Shown piece after piece: positions 14,491 to 28,874 of a stretch of 64,000 bases of DNA; the stretch's first letter is position 1, and each line of letters starts with the position of its first letter. The translations under genes and the position numbers were made by a program. The DNA comes from Ruditapes philippinarum (Eukaryota), in contig NW_026862875.1 in NCBI RefSeq assembly GCF_026571515.1, positions 248,001 to 312,000 of the forward strand. The letters are read 5' to 3'. The notes under the pieces were generated by a model that had not been told where the DNA came from, ran no database searches, and saw only the letters and a list, made by a program, of their open reading frames with translations.

Positions 14491-17400
14491 CTGCAGAACA
14501 TTGTGTTAATATTAGTATAATAAAAGAATGGATACAAAAATACACAGGCTTGTTTCTTATCTAAGGTCAATAGTAATAAAATATATTTATATAAAATTAT
14601 TTACTCTGACATTTTATTGCACCAGAATATCAGAAATATTGTCTTAATGTAACCACCCCTTAATCTTAACCTACAATCCAAATTTGACACACAAGATATA
14701 AAGAAGAAAAGATTATATTGTCTGTGCTATTCTTTGCGTATCTAATGGATGGTGGCGTTTTGTTTACGCTCACCGGAACATAAGTTGAACAGTTGTAGAA
14801 AATTCTTCATTGATTGACAAACTGATTGGTTTTTTGTTCGCAAAATAGTCTTATACCGACATGTACTTGATACCCGAACTTTTGATCATTATGGGCGATG
14901 AGTGGGTTTGTGGCATGTGCTTAAATGGGGGTCTACCCTGTAATTAGCAGATACATAATGGTGTTTGGCGCGTGCGAGAGCTAGTAATTATTGACACAAA
15001 TGGTACGCAACTTATAATTCAGTGCATCGAAAAAAGTATGGAATATCCAAGATTTATCTATAACAAAATATAAAATAACAATGGAAATGGGCTAAAGAAA
15101 TAGGATAAAATATAGTGTTATTCATATTCTATCACTGTAAGGGTTAATGAATGCTTATGGCAAATTGGAGACATATAAATAATTTGATACCACACTGATT
15201 TGTATGAATAATATTACTTACATTTTAAAAAATGTTTGTAATAATGTGAAATATTTGGAGCAATGATTGTTAAATTACAACATTATCATTATATTTCGTA
15301 CGCTTTGATTTTTATTATTATTTTCATTGTAGAAAATGAAATTGAGAGAAAAGAGGGACTAATTTATCAGATACAGACATCAGTTTCTGACTATTTTGTG
15401 CTTTTTTTTTATTAAAAATAATCGAAAAAAATGCACATTATAGGTGTCGCCACATGCAGAACCTGTATATCTTAATTGCATCGGAATATGATTCAAAAGT
15501 TAGAAAATTAATTATGTTCGTATTGAATAATGTATCCTTACCGTAAAATAATTATATATTCCTATATGATTTCCAGTTTCGAACATTATTTATGTTATTT
15601 ATATTGCAAACTATACTTTCACAGTGATAAATTGGTTTTTGAATTCTAATTAATTCCAAATGAAGAAGTAATTCATATTATAAACTTGTATGAATCCTTC
15701 ATTTAGAAAATAATTAAAATTGAAAAATTAAAACATAATTTGTCTTACTGTATGCTTTAAAGAAAGGTTTAAATATTTTGTAAAGTATAGACAAGAACTG
15801 AATCTCGTTTGCATAAAACTATCAATCGTATTAAATCCTTAAGATTAATTAATTGGAAAAGCATATAATAATTTTTTGAGATGTATTTAATAGTATTCAA
15901 TTTATTCAATTTCAAAATTATGTTATATATTTCAGTACATTATGATAGTATATATTTCAAAATTACGTTGTTGGTTGAATTTTTTTTATAAAAAAGGGCA
16001 ATGCAAAACAAAAAAGAAAATACACTACAATATTTTAATATGTTTTGTGAGAACGTTTATACAGTCAAAATAAATAACTTAAGTCTTGAGATAAAATAGC
16101 TTATTAACATCTGAAACGGAAAATGTATAAAAGTTTATCGAGCTTTTATATGCATGTACCTATCAAACCAATAATTCGTTACCATTGCATTTATATTAAA
16201 AACGCACACGTACTATGTTTTGTCTTAAGAAGATATCTAAAGATGACCTCATTTTTTTCAATATACTTTCAAACTGGTTCAAATTAACAAGCCACACACG
16301 TTATGTTTTGTTACTTCAATTGAAATAGATTTTTACTTCTTTTTTCTTCAAGTATAATTACAGGGTTGAAGAGGAGGGTTGTATCTAGCGGCACGTGTCT
16401 TCGCCTGTTAATACATACTAAATAGTTTTTTAAACATCAAAGTAACGAGTAAATTGTTCACTTAATTAAAATAGTTCGTCTTTAAATGCTTTTAAGCAAT
16501 TTAATTAATAGTTTAGCAAACTGTGACATACCGGGTTATTCGTTCAAGTAAGAAGTTTTAATTGTACCTCACATAGTTTGGCGATTGAAAATGAATAGTT
16601 TTATGAGGAAAAATATTTAACATCTGATTTTCATTCACTGCAATGATTGTGCCTCTATAAGTGTTTTTCAAATAACTAAAGGTTTTTTTTGCATTCGTGT
16701 ATATTTTCAATACATCCATGTTAGTTGCTAATATCTTAATTGAATTAAATGTAAAAACATTATATGAATTCATTAATACAAAAAATACCCAATCCATTAA
16801 TCTTTGCATTTCTCATATAATAGACAAAGCAAAGCTGATAAAATATTAATGACGAAACATAATTTTTTTTTTCATTATATCGTCAAATCATAGATAAATG
16901 TGATTTTTCTCTACAAATAAAAATATTTAATGTTAATACAGTTGTCTGATATAAAATCAAAGCAATGTAATTGAAATATATTAATAAAAAACGATGGAAA
17001 AAATATACTTTGTGAAGAAACCAGTTTTTTTACTCTTTTATTTATTTATTTATTTTATTTCTTTCTTTATTTACTGTTTTATAATGTGAAATATTCGTTC
17101 TCTGAGGGTCAATGTCAAAATGTATTTGAATATACATGCTAATAACCTAAACCTACGTCTTGTTTGTTTTTAGCATTTCTAGTGGTGCAATTTAACTATA
17201 TGAATGAGTTACTACTGTTGTTGGTGTTGTTGTAAGGTCAATTTTCGGTCTTTAATTCCTTATTACTTTCATACACTGTAACTATTAAATTCATTGATTT
17301 AGCAGTTCAATTTAATTGTGCCTATAATTCGGTCAGCTTGTTGAAATAATAAACTTGAGCAAAATAAAAATCTCACTTTGATTATAAACTTTATTGTGCT

Positions 17401-18310
17401 TGGATATTTTTACCTTAAATACTATTAAATGTATATGTATTTTTTATATAAATACATTAATTTTTAATAAATTTGTCACTAGTTTGACATTTGTTTTTAT
17501 ATATAAACTATAAAACATATTTATCTTTTTATTACTTATCCATGCATGATTTACTAACTTTTTATAAATGGACTATATTGCAATGACAATTTTGGACGAA
17601 GAACTAGGCTCACTTCCAAAAAAATAGAATTAATTTTCTGTTCTGTTAATTTAATATATTCACCATATTCATATTGAAATATTATCACCATGTGTTTTAT
17701 CAATAATAAATATCTTGACAATATTGAAATTCATTTGTTTAATGAACGATTGCTCCGTTAATTAGTCACATATGGGGAAAAGGCAAGTTTTTTTTACCCT
17801 ATCGGCGGCTGAATTAAATTATGCTAATGAAGATGTAAAGGTAAATCATCTTTACAAGCATGGAAAAGATATTTGAAATTTTATATATTGGGCAAATTTG
17901 CAAATTCGAAAATCAAATGATATATTACAGAACCCACTGAAAAAAATTCTAGCAGTGGTAAATGTTAGACTATATACATGTATATATTGTTTTAATATAT
18001 GTTTTATTTCGATTGAGTTTTTGGTGTGTTTCTGCAATCATTTTTTTTAAATGAAATTTAGTTGTATTTTGGATAAGGAAATATATGTAAGGTTCAATAG
18101 CAGTAAATAACAAATCTTTGATTTTAATCGAATATTTATGTTAAAAGAATGCAATGTTTAGTTAAATCATCCACATGTCACGTTTATACAATGATTAATC
18201 GATACTTTTATCTAAATATAATATCATGTTCAAGTCACCATTTTACAAATAATATGTATATTCTCTTTATAACATCAACATTATGATATTAATTCAGAAT
18301 GTTAAATTAC

Positions 18311-18483
18311 CTGAACTCTGGATTCGACTAGGTCTAACCTCATTGCTATAGCTTCTCTCATGAACACATCTGGGTAGTGGCTGCTTTGGAAAGACCGTTC
18401 AAGTTCCTCCAACTGCCAACTTGTAAAGTTTGTTCGCGTTCTTCGGCGTTTCCCTGATTTATCGTCTCTTTCATCATATATAT
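18311..18483 (-). CDS. Uncx: Uncx/Unc-4 homeobox protein, coding exon 2 (homeodomain up to residue 46)
   Basis: Acceptor gattcAG, then (D)[57 protein letters not shown], donor GTAATT. The phase-0 intron between Q46 and V47 is the classic PRD-class position. Confidence 0.95.
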
Positions 18484-18829
18484 CTGAATCAAGAATTTAT
18501 ACAATTGTTCATAGTCTCAATGCAATAATTTATCTTCCTATTTTTTTTCTTGTAACATCAGCAATGTAAGTGGCATTGTATTTGACCACATAGACAAATT
18601 ACAAAGTATTGCAAGGAAAAACGGAAGAAAATGCAAAGTTAATTTAAGAAACATTTTATTTTAAAAGATTATTATAAGTATTTATGTTAACATATATATA
18701 AATCTGACAACCTCTTTGCTATTTTTTTACATGATATTTATAAATAGTGTATAAATGCTGTAAAAAGTACAGCGGAATTTTATTATTCAGATGATATTTA
18801 TGTGATATATATTAATTTCTTTAACAGAT

Positions 18830-19068
18830 ATTGAAATGCTGTCATGTGTGTTATATTGCGGTGTAGGCATGTGTGTTATATTGAAATGTTGTAATGTGTG
18901 TCATATTGCCATGATGTTATGTGTGTGGTATTGCCATGCAGACGTGTGTGTGTGTGTTATATTGCGATACTGCCATGTGTGTGCGTGTGTGTGTTATATT
19001 GCGATACTGCCATGTGTGTGCGTGTGTGTGTTATATTGCGATACTGCCATGTGTGTGCGTGTGATATA
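18830..19068. repeat. GT-rich minisatellite, ~30-38-bp unit (GTTATATTGCGATACTGCCATGTGTGTGCGTGTGTGT), in Uncx intron 1
   Basis: Three near-identical copies at ~18956-19062 preceded by about four degenerate copies. This explains the Cys/Val-rich spurious ORFs at 18836 and 18898. Confidence 0.85.
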
Positions 19069-21644
19069 TATAGAAGGATCGCTGGTGTTGCAATGTCTGC
19101 TTTAAATGGATGTTTGTTACTTGACCATTGAGTTCAATGTTTTGTTCGGTTCTTTATGTTCGTTTTTTTACTTCCTTAAAACTTTTTTATAAAAAAGAAA
19201 TGCAATATATGGTCAATTTAAAAATAAAAGGCGTGGTTTTGTTTATAATAGCTATAATTAATTTTCATTTAAAAGTATGGCATGAAAATAGCAAACATAT
19301 TTTGTTTCTTGTAAATATGAAAAATATTTCTTTAAGAAATGAATAAATGGTGGTTGGTCTAACCATCAGATCATTATAATAATCTAGCTTCTAGAGTGTT
19401 TTATACCATTCTAATTCATAAATAAAATTTATCTACGCACCAAATTAATCTATCAAATTTAAAATTTAAGCACATAAAAATACAAAATATTTATTTTTAA
19501 TTTCGTCGGCTCATTTTTATTTGAGAATGCCTTTAAATATAAACTTTAAATTGTTAAGAAACATGAATGATAAATATAATATTTTAAGCAATGGCATTAG
19601 TTGTGTTTAGCTGAGTTAATATTACAACATTTAAAGAAGACAAATAAATCAGTAAGTTTAACATATTGAAAAGATTTTTTTTTTAAATGACATGACAAAA
19701 AAACACACGCCGATATTTCAATTACAGTTTTGAAAATGACTAAGGTGGAAATTTATTATAATAATCAATTAGACGAGTCGTCAATACCTTGGAGTGGCAT
19801 TATTGATATGAAATAAATAAAATAAAAAAATTAGATCGTTTTACCAAAACATTGGGAATAGATACATCGTAAATTAAATTCATTTTAGGTGTAATTAAGC
19901 ATAAATATTTGATTTCCTAATTGGCCACTCTTATTCAAACATTTCAATATCAGTGACGATACCAATTAATTGCAGGCATAAATCCTTTATTCATTTGATT
20001 CAAGTTTCATTGAATTATTTATTTAATAAAAAAAGGAATGACACTTTATATTCAATTAAAATTTGCAAGGGTATATTCTCGTCCACTTATGACATTAAAC
20101 TCCACTTTTAAGTCCAATACTGTGACACGAAAATTGATGAAAATTGAAATATAATTCTTAATATTTGAAATAAGTCAATATTTACTGAAATGATCTCTTC
20201 ATTGAAACCTTTTAATGAATGGTTTGTCCTAAACTCAATAAAATTGCGATTTAGCCATTGACGATATGGAGTGAAGTGTAAAAGTTGACTTATATTTTTG
20301 TGACAGTTTTGACACAAAGTAAGTAATCATTAAAGTAAGAAATATATACATTAAAAAGTAAGAAATGTATTAACACTTTTCAAATAACTATTATCTTTAC
20401 AAAAATAGCAACATCTCGATATATGTGTAAATTAAATATGTAGATATACGTTCACAATACATGTGTAAACCAATATATGTATACAATACGATGTAAAATA
20501 TCTAAATAATATATAATTGTTTGCTAATTCAATATTGATTTATCTAAAATAGACACTAAAATAAGCTTAACATATGGCTCCAGATGTAACTATGAATTAA
20601 ATACGGTTAAAAAACAAATGAGCATTATTTTACAAAATAAAACAATGATACGAAACAAGCAAAAATATAGGAGATGATTACTTTAACAACCAGTTTGTTA
20701 ATAAAATCCTCCCCATACATAAAGCTCAAGTTGTATTTATTATAGAGTTTAAGGACACGAAATGTTGCATTTCGTGAAAAACACCTTGTGATCAAAGGGC
20801 ATTTTGCACTGGTGAAATGATGTGCCTTGTGCTGTTATACACAGATACTCTCGACAAAACCCCGCCCACAATATAACCAAGAATAGACACTTCTTGTTCT
20901 TCTTCAACATTTATTCTGCTCTCACATAAAAGAAAGCACAATAAAATACCGTTTCATTAAAGAAAATTTGAATTGGTTGTTCATAAATATTATAATACTA
21001 ATACGTTTTCATTGCAAGAGATTAACGTTCCATTTTACCAAACTTTGTAATAACTGAATGATTTATTTAATGACTCAGGATGTGTTATTTTTTGTATTAT
21101 TTTTTGTTTGTTTTCATTTACCTGTTATAATTCATACCATTCATTTACTTATTCGTTAATTTAAATGCATCATTTTCAATTTCGAATATTTTGTATGGAT
21201 TTAATACTAATTTACAACGCAACATTGTATCTTGTTTTATTCATTTTTTGCTTGTTAAAAATCCTTGTATTTAAATAATGAATATTGAAACACCTTTTTT
21301 TTTAAAATATATTATTTTTCCTTGTATTGTCTCTTTTTATGATTAGATAAAGTCAATACAAATTAAAAAAAAATTATTGTAATTTTTTAACAAAAGTTTC
21401 TCCAAACATTTTTTGGGGAAATAGTATATTTTCTTTAAAATATTGTGTGAGTATTATCAGAAAGAAATATACTTTGTGTTCATTTGGTGATTATAATTCT
21501 GCTGTAATAACTTTTAATATATAAATAATTTTATACATGTATATATCATCAAATTAAAAAAAGAAAAAAAGTTGTAATAAATATTGATTAAACAAATTTG
21601 TTGTATACCTAAGTTGCAAGTTATATACATGATTGCTCTCTTAC

Positions 21645-21936
21645 CTTGCTCATGTTGACGAGTACCCAAATCACCGAGCGGGTCGGCCTTTGGTGACAAG
21701 TCCGAGGCATTTCTACTTCCGCAGTAACCATTTCCAGCAAGTTCTCCATTAGACACTAAAGAACTTAAAGTGTTAAGATATCCAGCATGATATTGTTGAT
21801 TCTTGGTGAGAGAAAGTTGGGCTACAGCTAGAGGATCCAGTAGGTGTGAATATCCTGCCAGTGGATGAAGGTACCGCAATTGTTGAAGTCCAAAATTAAA
21901 CCGCTGCTGTTGCAAGAATCCAAGTGGGTTTGTCAT
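21645..21936 (-). CDS. Uncx: Uncx/Unc-4 homeobox protein, coding exon 1
   Basis: ATG at 21936, MTNPLGFLQQQRFNFGLQQLRYLHPLAGYSH...LGTRQHEQ, donor G|GTAAGA in phase 1, matching the exon 2 acceptor (G+AT = Asp). Total CDS 292+173+543 = 1008 nt, 335 aa. Confidence 0.85.
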
Positions 21937-22214
21937 TGTCAACGCAAAAAAAATCAAATAATAAACAGTAGAAAAAAATGTTTTTTTCAGAATTTTGTTA
22001 AATATTCTTATATGTACGGAAAGTGTTTATTAAATGCGCACACACTTTCCTAAATAATGTTTGAATAAAATTAAACGTTTTCTTTCATTTTAACTGTCTT
22101 CCATCAATCATAAGTATGTTATCTAGATATCATAATTTGTTACTTTTTTTCCACGTTTCACTTTTCGCATGCTATCATGAACACTATCTTCTATCCTCAT
22201 ATGGTGGTATCGGC

Positions 22215-22999
22215 TATATAAACATTTATTAAAGCTATATTATCCGTATAATATAAGTTGTCATTAAATCTAGCAACCACATTAGTTATTTAGTATTATT
22301 TGCTTTCAGATTGAGTTGTTGAAATTGACAGTTGTCACTTGGTGCTTTTACAAAAGGGAAAATCCGATACTAGAAATTTTCATTGAAACACACGTCGCTA
22401 ATAGTAGGCCAGCCAATCACGGTTCAGATCAAATAAAATAGCAATGCCTTCCCCCCATTGCAAGTACATTAATAGCCTTTTAGAACATGTGTTACCAAAG
22501 ATTGTATTAAATTGAGGGAAAATAATGAAAGTTATTTGAAAACAGTAAATTATCTTTATAAAATCATCACAGCAATAGGCGGGGGGAAGTTTGGTGTCGT
22601 ACAAGAAAAGGTAGTTTTTATTTTGAATCAATAGAGTAAATTAATACAGGCGTTTAACTTTCAACAGAAAAACACACAGAAAACAAGAGAGTTGTAATGT
22701 TGCCATGGCAGCAATCAATTTATTGTAATTTAATTTTAAATTGATAATTAGTTAGCATGCAATATCAATAAGAAATATCTGTAAAAAGGAAATCAGACGA
22801 GGCCATGAGAAATGTACTGAACATTTTATTTGTGAAATGGGAATACGATTTAAATATCAACATAACTAGATGGCTATCTTTACGGAAACCGGAAACAGAA
22901 GACATAGAAGAAATAATTTCAGTTTAAACTATATTATGATTAATGTACCAAACATTCCAGCATGTCATCATTGCCGAAGCACTGCTGGGTCACGTGACC
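22215..22999 (-). promoter_or_regulatory. Candidate Uncx promoter region
   Basis: TATA-like TTTATATAG (minus strand, ~22214-22222), NF-Y-type AGCCAATCA at 22411-22419, GC-box-like AGGCGGGGGG at 22577-22586 and palindromic E-box GGTCACGTGACC at 22988-22999, all upstream of the ATG. Motif match only. Confidence 0.35.
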
Positions 23000-25900
23000 A
23001 CTTTGAAATGGTTTCTTTGTACAGTCTAATGTTGTTATGAAAAGCAACGACAAATAATAAAATTAACAGCTATCAACATTTATAGTATTTTTAAGCTGAT
23101 ACCAATATGATTTATAAAGTCATCGTTAACTTTTCAAAATACATTTCTTTCAACCAACGACAAAGTATGAGTAGTTGTATCATATTTTATCGAAGTATGT
23201 TGGTATCGTTATACAATGTATCGTCGATTCGAGCTCTTTACACACCTTACCCCGTATTTAACTATCTGGGTAGTTTCACATGTGTTTAGGTGACTTGATG
23301 AAGCTTAAAAACGATTCACCAGTACACTGATCAGTTAAATAGGGCTTTTGTTCATCTGCTGCTTTTTTCCGAACATTATTTTTCCATAGCAATGTCTTAA
23401 CTTTCATTTTGATATTCCTAATTTAGAATTTAGAGCCAATGATATTTTTGCATTATTAATGCATATATATAGGTGGCATGCTTCATAAATTGCTGATTAG
23501 ACATCATAGTATAACAACACTCAGCAATTACGTTGACTTAAAAGAGTATACTCGGAGTATTAAAGGGTGCTTCTCTGTCAGAAGTCACATTAGAATATCG
23601 GTCCTTGTCTTCTATCTTGTATAATTCATTACAAAGCGAGGTGATGTTCAAATGATTTCTTTTTGATGGCATATAAATCCATAAGCATTGGTTTACAAGG
23701 TAATATCTCGTCTCATTAGGCAAATGTCATTCATCTTGAATAATTCTAAAAATGAGTAATTTCCAATGACGACTAAAATTATTGCTGATAAAAAATATGA
23801 AATTACTGTTTATGCTTTTGTTTTGCAAGCAACACAGCTCGTGCAAGTATAACAGTTATAGATAGCGGCTACCACAATTATTGCGGTTTAAAAATGAACT
23901 TTATTTCCTGCTAACCTTTCTTATTTTAGCAAGTAAAATACATGTATTTCATACCTCGCTGATAAAAACAACCACCCACATCGTTTGTATGTAACTTATT
24001 TTGATAATTGAAAAATTATACATTTTTGTTATTCGTTTAGTTGAGGCTAACAGAAAAAGAGATATAATCAAAATCATTACTTCTAAAGATGAATAAATTC
24101 TGAAAATAATATTCATAAATAATATCAATTTAACAACTTTTTAAAAAAAGAAAAAGATTGCTGATGCATTCTGGTCTACACGTGCCATCCTATTGTTGTC
24201 TTTAATTTTTTCAATAAATGACCAGTCATATCAAATGAGATCTTAATTAATTTTATTCAAATAGAATACGGTATTATAATACACAAACACATACGCTGAA
24301 GCATATTTTATATCTTGTTCTGTTAGTATATATTCCTGGTCATGGCTGATTTTATCAAATTCAATAAACTGTAAACACACCAACAAGCTAGCAGTATTGT
24401 ATCTTGCACTTTCTTGTTATCGAGGGCCTCTTCGCATATCTCAGTAGATTTATTTCGAAAAGAACTGTTCAAAATGTTTAACACTAATAATCTTAAGACC
24501 TAATATAAAGTATTTTGATGATTAAAACACTGCAGAGGTGTCTAGATAAATCGTTAGAGATGATAGGGAAGATAATATTTTAGTCTAACTTTTTGTATGT
24601 ACATTCAAAAATTTGGTTAAGATGTAATCAGTTTTGATGAATTTAAATTGATTGTCTAAACATATATGTGTAAAAACCTTTATGTTTCTTTCCTGATATG
24701 AGAGAATATTTGTAACCTTAATTCATCATGGATTGTTACTTATGTGAATGTCTAAAACAATAGAATAACGTTAATCAAGGGAAGGTTGCGTTCACGAAAC
24801 ACAGCCCCTCACAATATCAAAAAGTAACGGCACCGAAGTGGGCACGGAAATGCAAGAGTATAAAATCAGTAAGACAAACAAACTAGTTAATCCTAGTTTA
24901 ACGTTTAGCTGATGTATATTTTATACGAGGGGCTTTCCAAACAATCGTGGACTTTCTTTGTTGCGTAAAATATATTTGAGATATCAATTTGAAATTCTTA
25001 CACTGCTTAGAGGAATCAATAACAAACAACACAGAAAAATTCATGTTAGTAGCTGCTTATATTACAACAATATTAAACTTTACGGTGACAGAAACGCACT
25101 CCAAAAAGTTATATACGTCAACGTATATATCTCAGGAATAAGTTCGCATGCACTACTCCGTTTCACAATTTTAAACTTAAAGATGGAAAAGGTTTATCAA
25201 CAAAAACGTAAAAATTCGATTTGGAGCCAATAAAGTCTACTGAAATAGAAAATGCTCATGTTTGTTTTAATGTAGCTTTAATGTGATTGTAATTATTTAG
25301 GTAATTTCGGTTTTCTGACATTGATATTATATTAACTTACGTTTCGGGCCATTTGCTGAAACAGTTAAGGGATTTTGGCAGAAATTGAATCATAATTATG
25401 AGTCAAATTTGTCGATGTTTTTCAAGACATCGTAGGTGTTAAACTTCATAAAAATGTTGTGTATATCAACTACCTGTGATGCGTTACTTAATATGTCAAC
25501 GTTGCTCCCTTTGATACTGCTCTATGACAGTTTAAATTACGAGGTTTCTTTATCACCATTTTGACATAATCTTTTAATACGTTGAAGATAAATGACAACT
25601 TAAGCCGAAATCAAATTAGCAAAAAAAAAATGATGAAGCAATTACCGGCAACTGCTTAACAGTATATGGGTTTGAACGATGTATTTACCAACATGCATAA
25701 TGATGACTATAATGGGACGTCAATTGTAAATTGGATGGTTTGTGTGAATATAAGGATGTATGCGTCGGGAAAGGTTTTGTTTGATGCAATCGCGGCGTTG
25801 TGTCTAGAGTAAATTAATTTATAGATTCAATATACGTACAATTGTGCAAAAAGGAAAATATTTAAATGAATTTATTCTTTTTTTTTTCACAGTCGAACAG

Positions 25901-27282
25901 ATTCCCATTCCAATCCCATTTTGAACTCGGTAACGATTTCACAAACCTCTTTAGTATAATATTGAAAAAGCACGTTCGCATAAGAAAACAACATGTAATT
26001 TTAGCAAATGTCAAACAATTTGTAACGTCTTGAAAATCGACCACTGGAATTATTTTTAGATAAATCTTCACTAATCATGTTTGCTGATAGAATTTCTTAT
26101 AATTAAAACCCTCCATAAATGAAAAGATTGCCAACTGAAAAACATCTTTTTGGCATGAATTTAATTATAAATGACATGTTTTAAGAAAGATAGTCCAAAT
26201 ATACATCGGATCCCCAGATGGTGACATTATTCACATGTATTCTTTAATATTGACATATCTACTCCACTTCGGTGGTTAGTGAGATTTGCAAGTAATTTTA
26301 GTTGTCTTTTGGAGTACCTCAAGGTTTGTCATTCACTCGTGTATCATTCTTTGATAAATAGAGGTCACGCCCTATCTACAACGAGCCTTTCAAACGGCAA
26401 CAAATTGGTTAAATTTGATATCATTATGTACGGGAGGTTGTTTAATATTTGTCTCATTCATACAACGAATTATGGTCGTATGAAACTCGTCATATATAAT
26501 TATTCTAAAGGTGTAACATGTATTAACAAAATGTGCTACAAGTAAAAACTTCAAAAAAAAATTAATTTAGATTGCAATTGTAAAGTTGCACACTTCAGAT
26601 ATGTAACTGTACAAAATTAAAACATTTTCATTTTAAATTATTGTTTAAAACAATTATTTTTTCCATTTATTATATTCGTTTAATCTATTTAGAGACTAAT
26701 ATTTGTCTTTGTTTTTGCCCTCGTGTTCGTTTTATTTTAAATATCTTTACCGAATGCAGCTCATTTTAAAATTCAAATTAAATCTGAAAACACTCCTGGG
26801 TTGTGACAAAACATTGTTTTCTTGTGAGAGCTGTTATTTACAAACAAGTTTGTTTATTTGTTATTTCGCTGATGTTTTAGTTTTGCTTGTCTTTGTTATT
26901 CTTTTTTCATTATTGTTATTATTTTTATGTGATGGGAAAGTTTTGTGGGGAAAAACACTGCATATTTGATGTCCAACACTTTTTTACAATTGCACAATTT
27001 CCTCTTTTTCTTGCTTTTTCTCTTTATCAATTTTATAAATGTCTTCTCAGTGCATATTTTTGTATCTATGTCTTTTTTAAAGGCAATAAATGCATGCGCG
27101 TTTTTTTTTCTTGTTTGTTCTTGTGAATATCACAAGTAAACATGAACATGTCTTTCATTCCATGCATGACCATTGTGCGAGTTAAGATTTCACTTGACAT
27201 GAAGTTTTTTTTTATTTGCACAGTCCTTACACGTTATAAATGTTTGGTGATGCTTTTTTTTTGGATGATGTTGTACATATCG

Positions 27283-27472
27283 TATCATGCTTTAACATTT
27301 CTTTCTGTACATATTAAATCATGTTTTGACGTTGCAGTACATAATTAATCATGTTTGGACGTCGCTTTACATTGCAAATCATGTTTAGACGTTATAGTAC
27401 ACAGTGAAATATGCTTTGACGTTGAAGTACGTAGTAGATCATTCTTGGACGTTACTGAACATAGTGTATTAT
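27283..27472. repeat. Degenerate 30-bp minisatellite (AATCATGTTTTGACGTTGCAGTACATAATT-like), ~6 copies
   Basis: ATCATG.TT.GACGT....TACA recurs at ~30-bp spacing. Confidence 0.7.
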
Positions 27473-28814
27473 GTCTGTGTTGCCTATTGCTAAATGAATC
27501 TATACCTAATTAAGTAGAACTGTAATAGTGTCAATAGTACAACGAATTAAAATGAATTATTTTTGGCATTTAAAAATATCAGCTTGATTTATAATACGTT
27601 TAATGTAACAAATTTATGATGACGGTGTTAATAAAGTGATAATATGGCCTCGGATGCATCTTAAAGCTTCAATCATTTATTGACACTTGAAATAGATGGG
27701 CGTGGATGAAAGTTCCGTTACAAATTACCCATCGGTGTCTGATAATTAACTTGGAGGAGGTTTGTACTTTGGTTTCAGTTGAAATAACGCATTGTTAATG
27801 AGGTGTCAGTAAGATGGTCATTTATACCAAATATTACCTGCCGTGTTTGCAGCAATCACGTGCTGTGTCTAACGTGATTTTATTACCATAACATACGGAC
27901 ACGTTGTAAATTGGTGTTCTTATTTTGTCCTATTAAATTTGAAAGATTTATAGTAATACACCGTCAAGAAAATCGGAAAAGTCCGAAAATCTAATCTAGA
28001 GTAAATACTAAAAGGATAATCTAAGGAACCCTGTAAGCGCCATCGCCGCGTTTCAAGTATCGGAACTACTCGAAATAAATGAAAAAATTAAATAACGAAA
28101 CCAATTATCAAACTGTTCAAAGTTCGATAGATAAAACTTTCAATTTTGCATCATTGTACATTTAAATGTTAAACGTTGTTGCTTTAAATATGGCGACATT
28201 TTTTGTTTCAAATAATTTACTTGTTCGCCTGTAGTCGTTTGCAGTTTCAATCAGTTTTCTTACATACTAAATTTGACAAACGCTCCTATTTTTAAATCAG
28301 CATTAAATCTTTAGCAACTGATATTATTATCACCCACCACTGAATTTATGAATTTACTTTTGAATAAAAACAGACACTTTAGTAATAATTTTCTAACATA
28401 ATCTCTTAATTCATGAAAAGTTCAAACGCAAGATCTAGACGATTTTGAGATAGTAATTTATTTATAATTGGATAAATTGAAGATAATTTTATTAATGATG
28501 ATGACACTGTCTTACACTCCATTGCTTCAAGATTAAAAAAGATGCATTTTTAAACGTTTTTTAGATTTCACACGCTGGAAAAAAAATGGTTAAGATATTT
28601 TGTCTTTGATATATATAGCCTCTACACCGGTGTCAAGCTTTGTCGTGTAACATAATATCCCACGGACAATTGAGTTTGACAGGTACGTGTTACCCATAGC
28701 TTCACGTGCATACTCTTACAGCAATTAAGGAAGATAGTGGGAGTGCGTGTAGAGGACTTGATTGTTAAATACAGACTCTTTTTTGTGTTGATTACTTCAC
28801 AGGGTGACCGTACG

Positions 28815-28874
28815 TATATAAAACGCTCCCTCGGAGTTAACGCTTGCTAAAGATCCTTGCAAGAGGCATCAGTT
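28815..28874 (+). promoter_or_regulatory. Candidate core promoter of the LDLa-mucin-CBM14 gene
   Basis: TATATAAAA at 28815-28823 and Inr-like TCAGTT at 28869 in a locally GC-richer patch with E-boxes. An acceptor (cgcAG, 30510) just before the ATG implies an upstream non-coding exon. The TATA-Inr spacing is non-canonical and an alternative TATA lies near 30221. Confidence 0.25.

Noticed and set aside
19740-19990. TAAT/ATTA cluster including TAATCAATTA as an Uncx autoregulatory element
   Set aside because: Expected frequently by chance at ~70% AT; not supportable without conservation data.
24923-25250. TACGAGGGG mariner-like terminus
   Set aside because: No matching second TIR or transposase remnant found.
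27283-27472. 30-bp periodic repeat resembling a CRISPR array
   Set aside because: Units are contiguous and degenerate throughout, with no constant repeat/unique spacer alternation and no cas genes, in a eukaryotic context.
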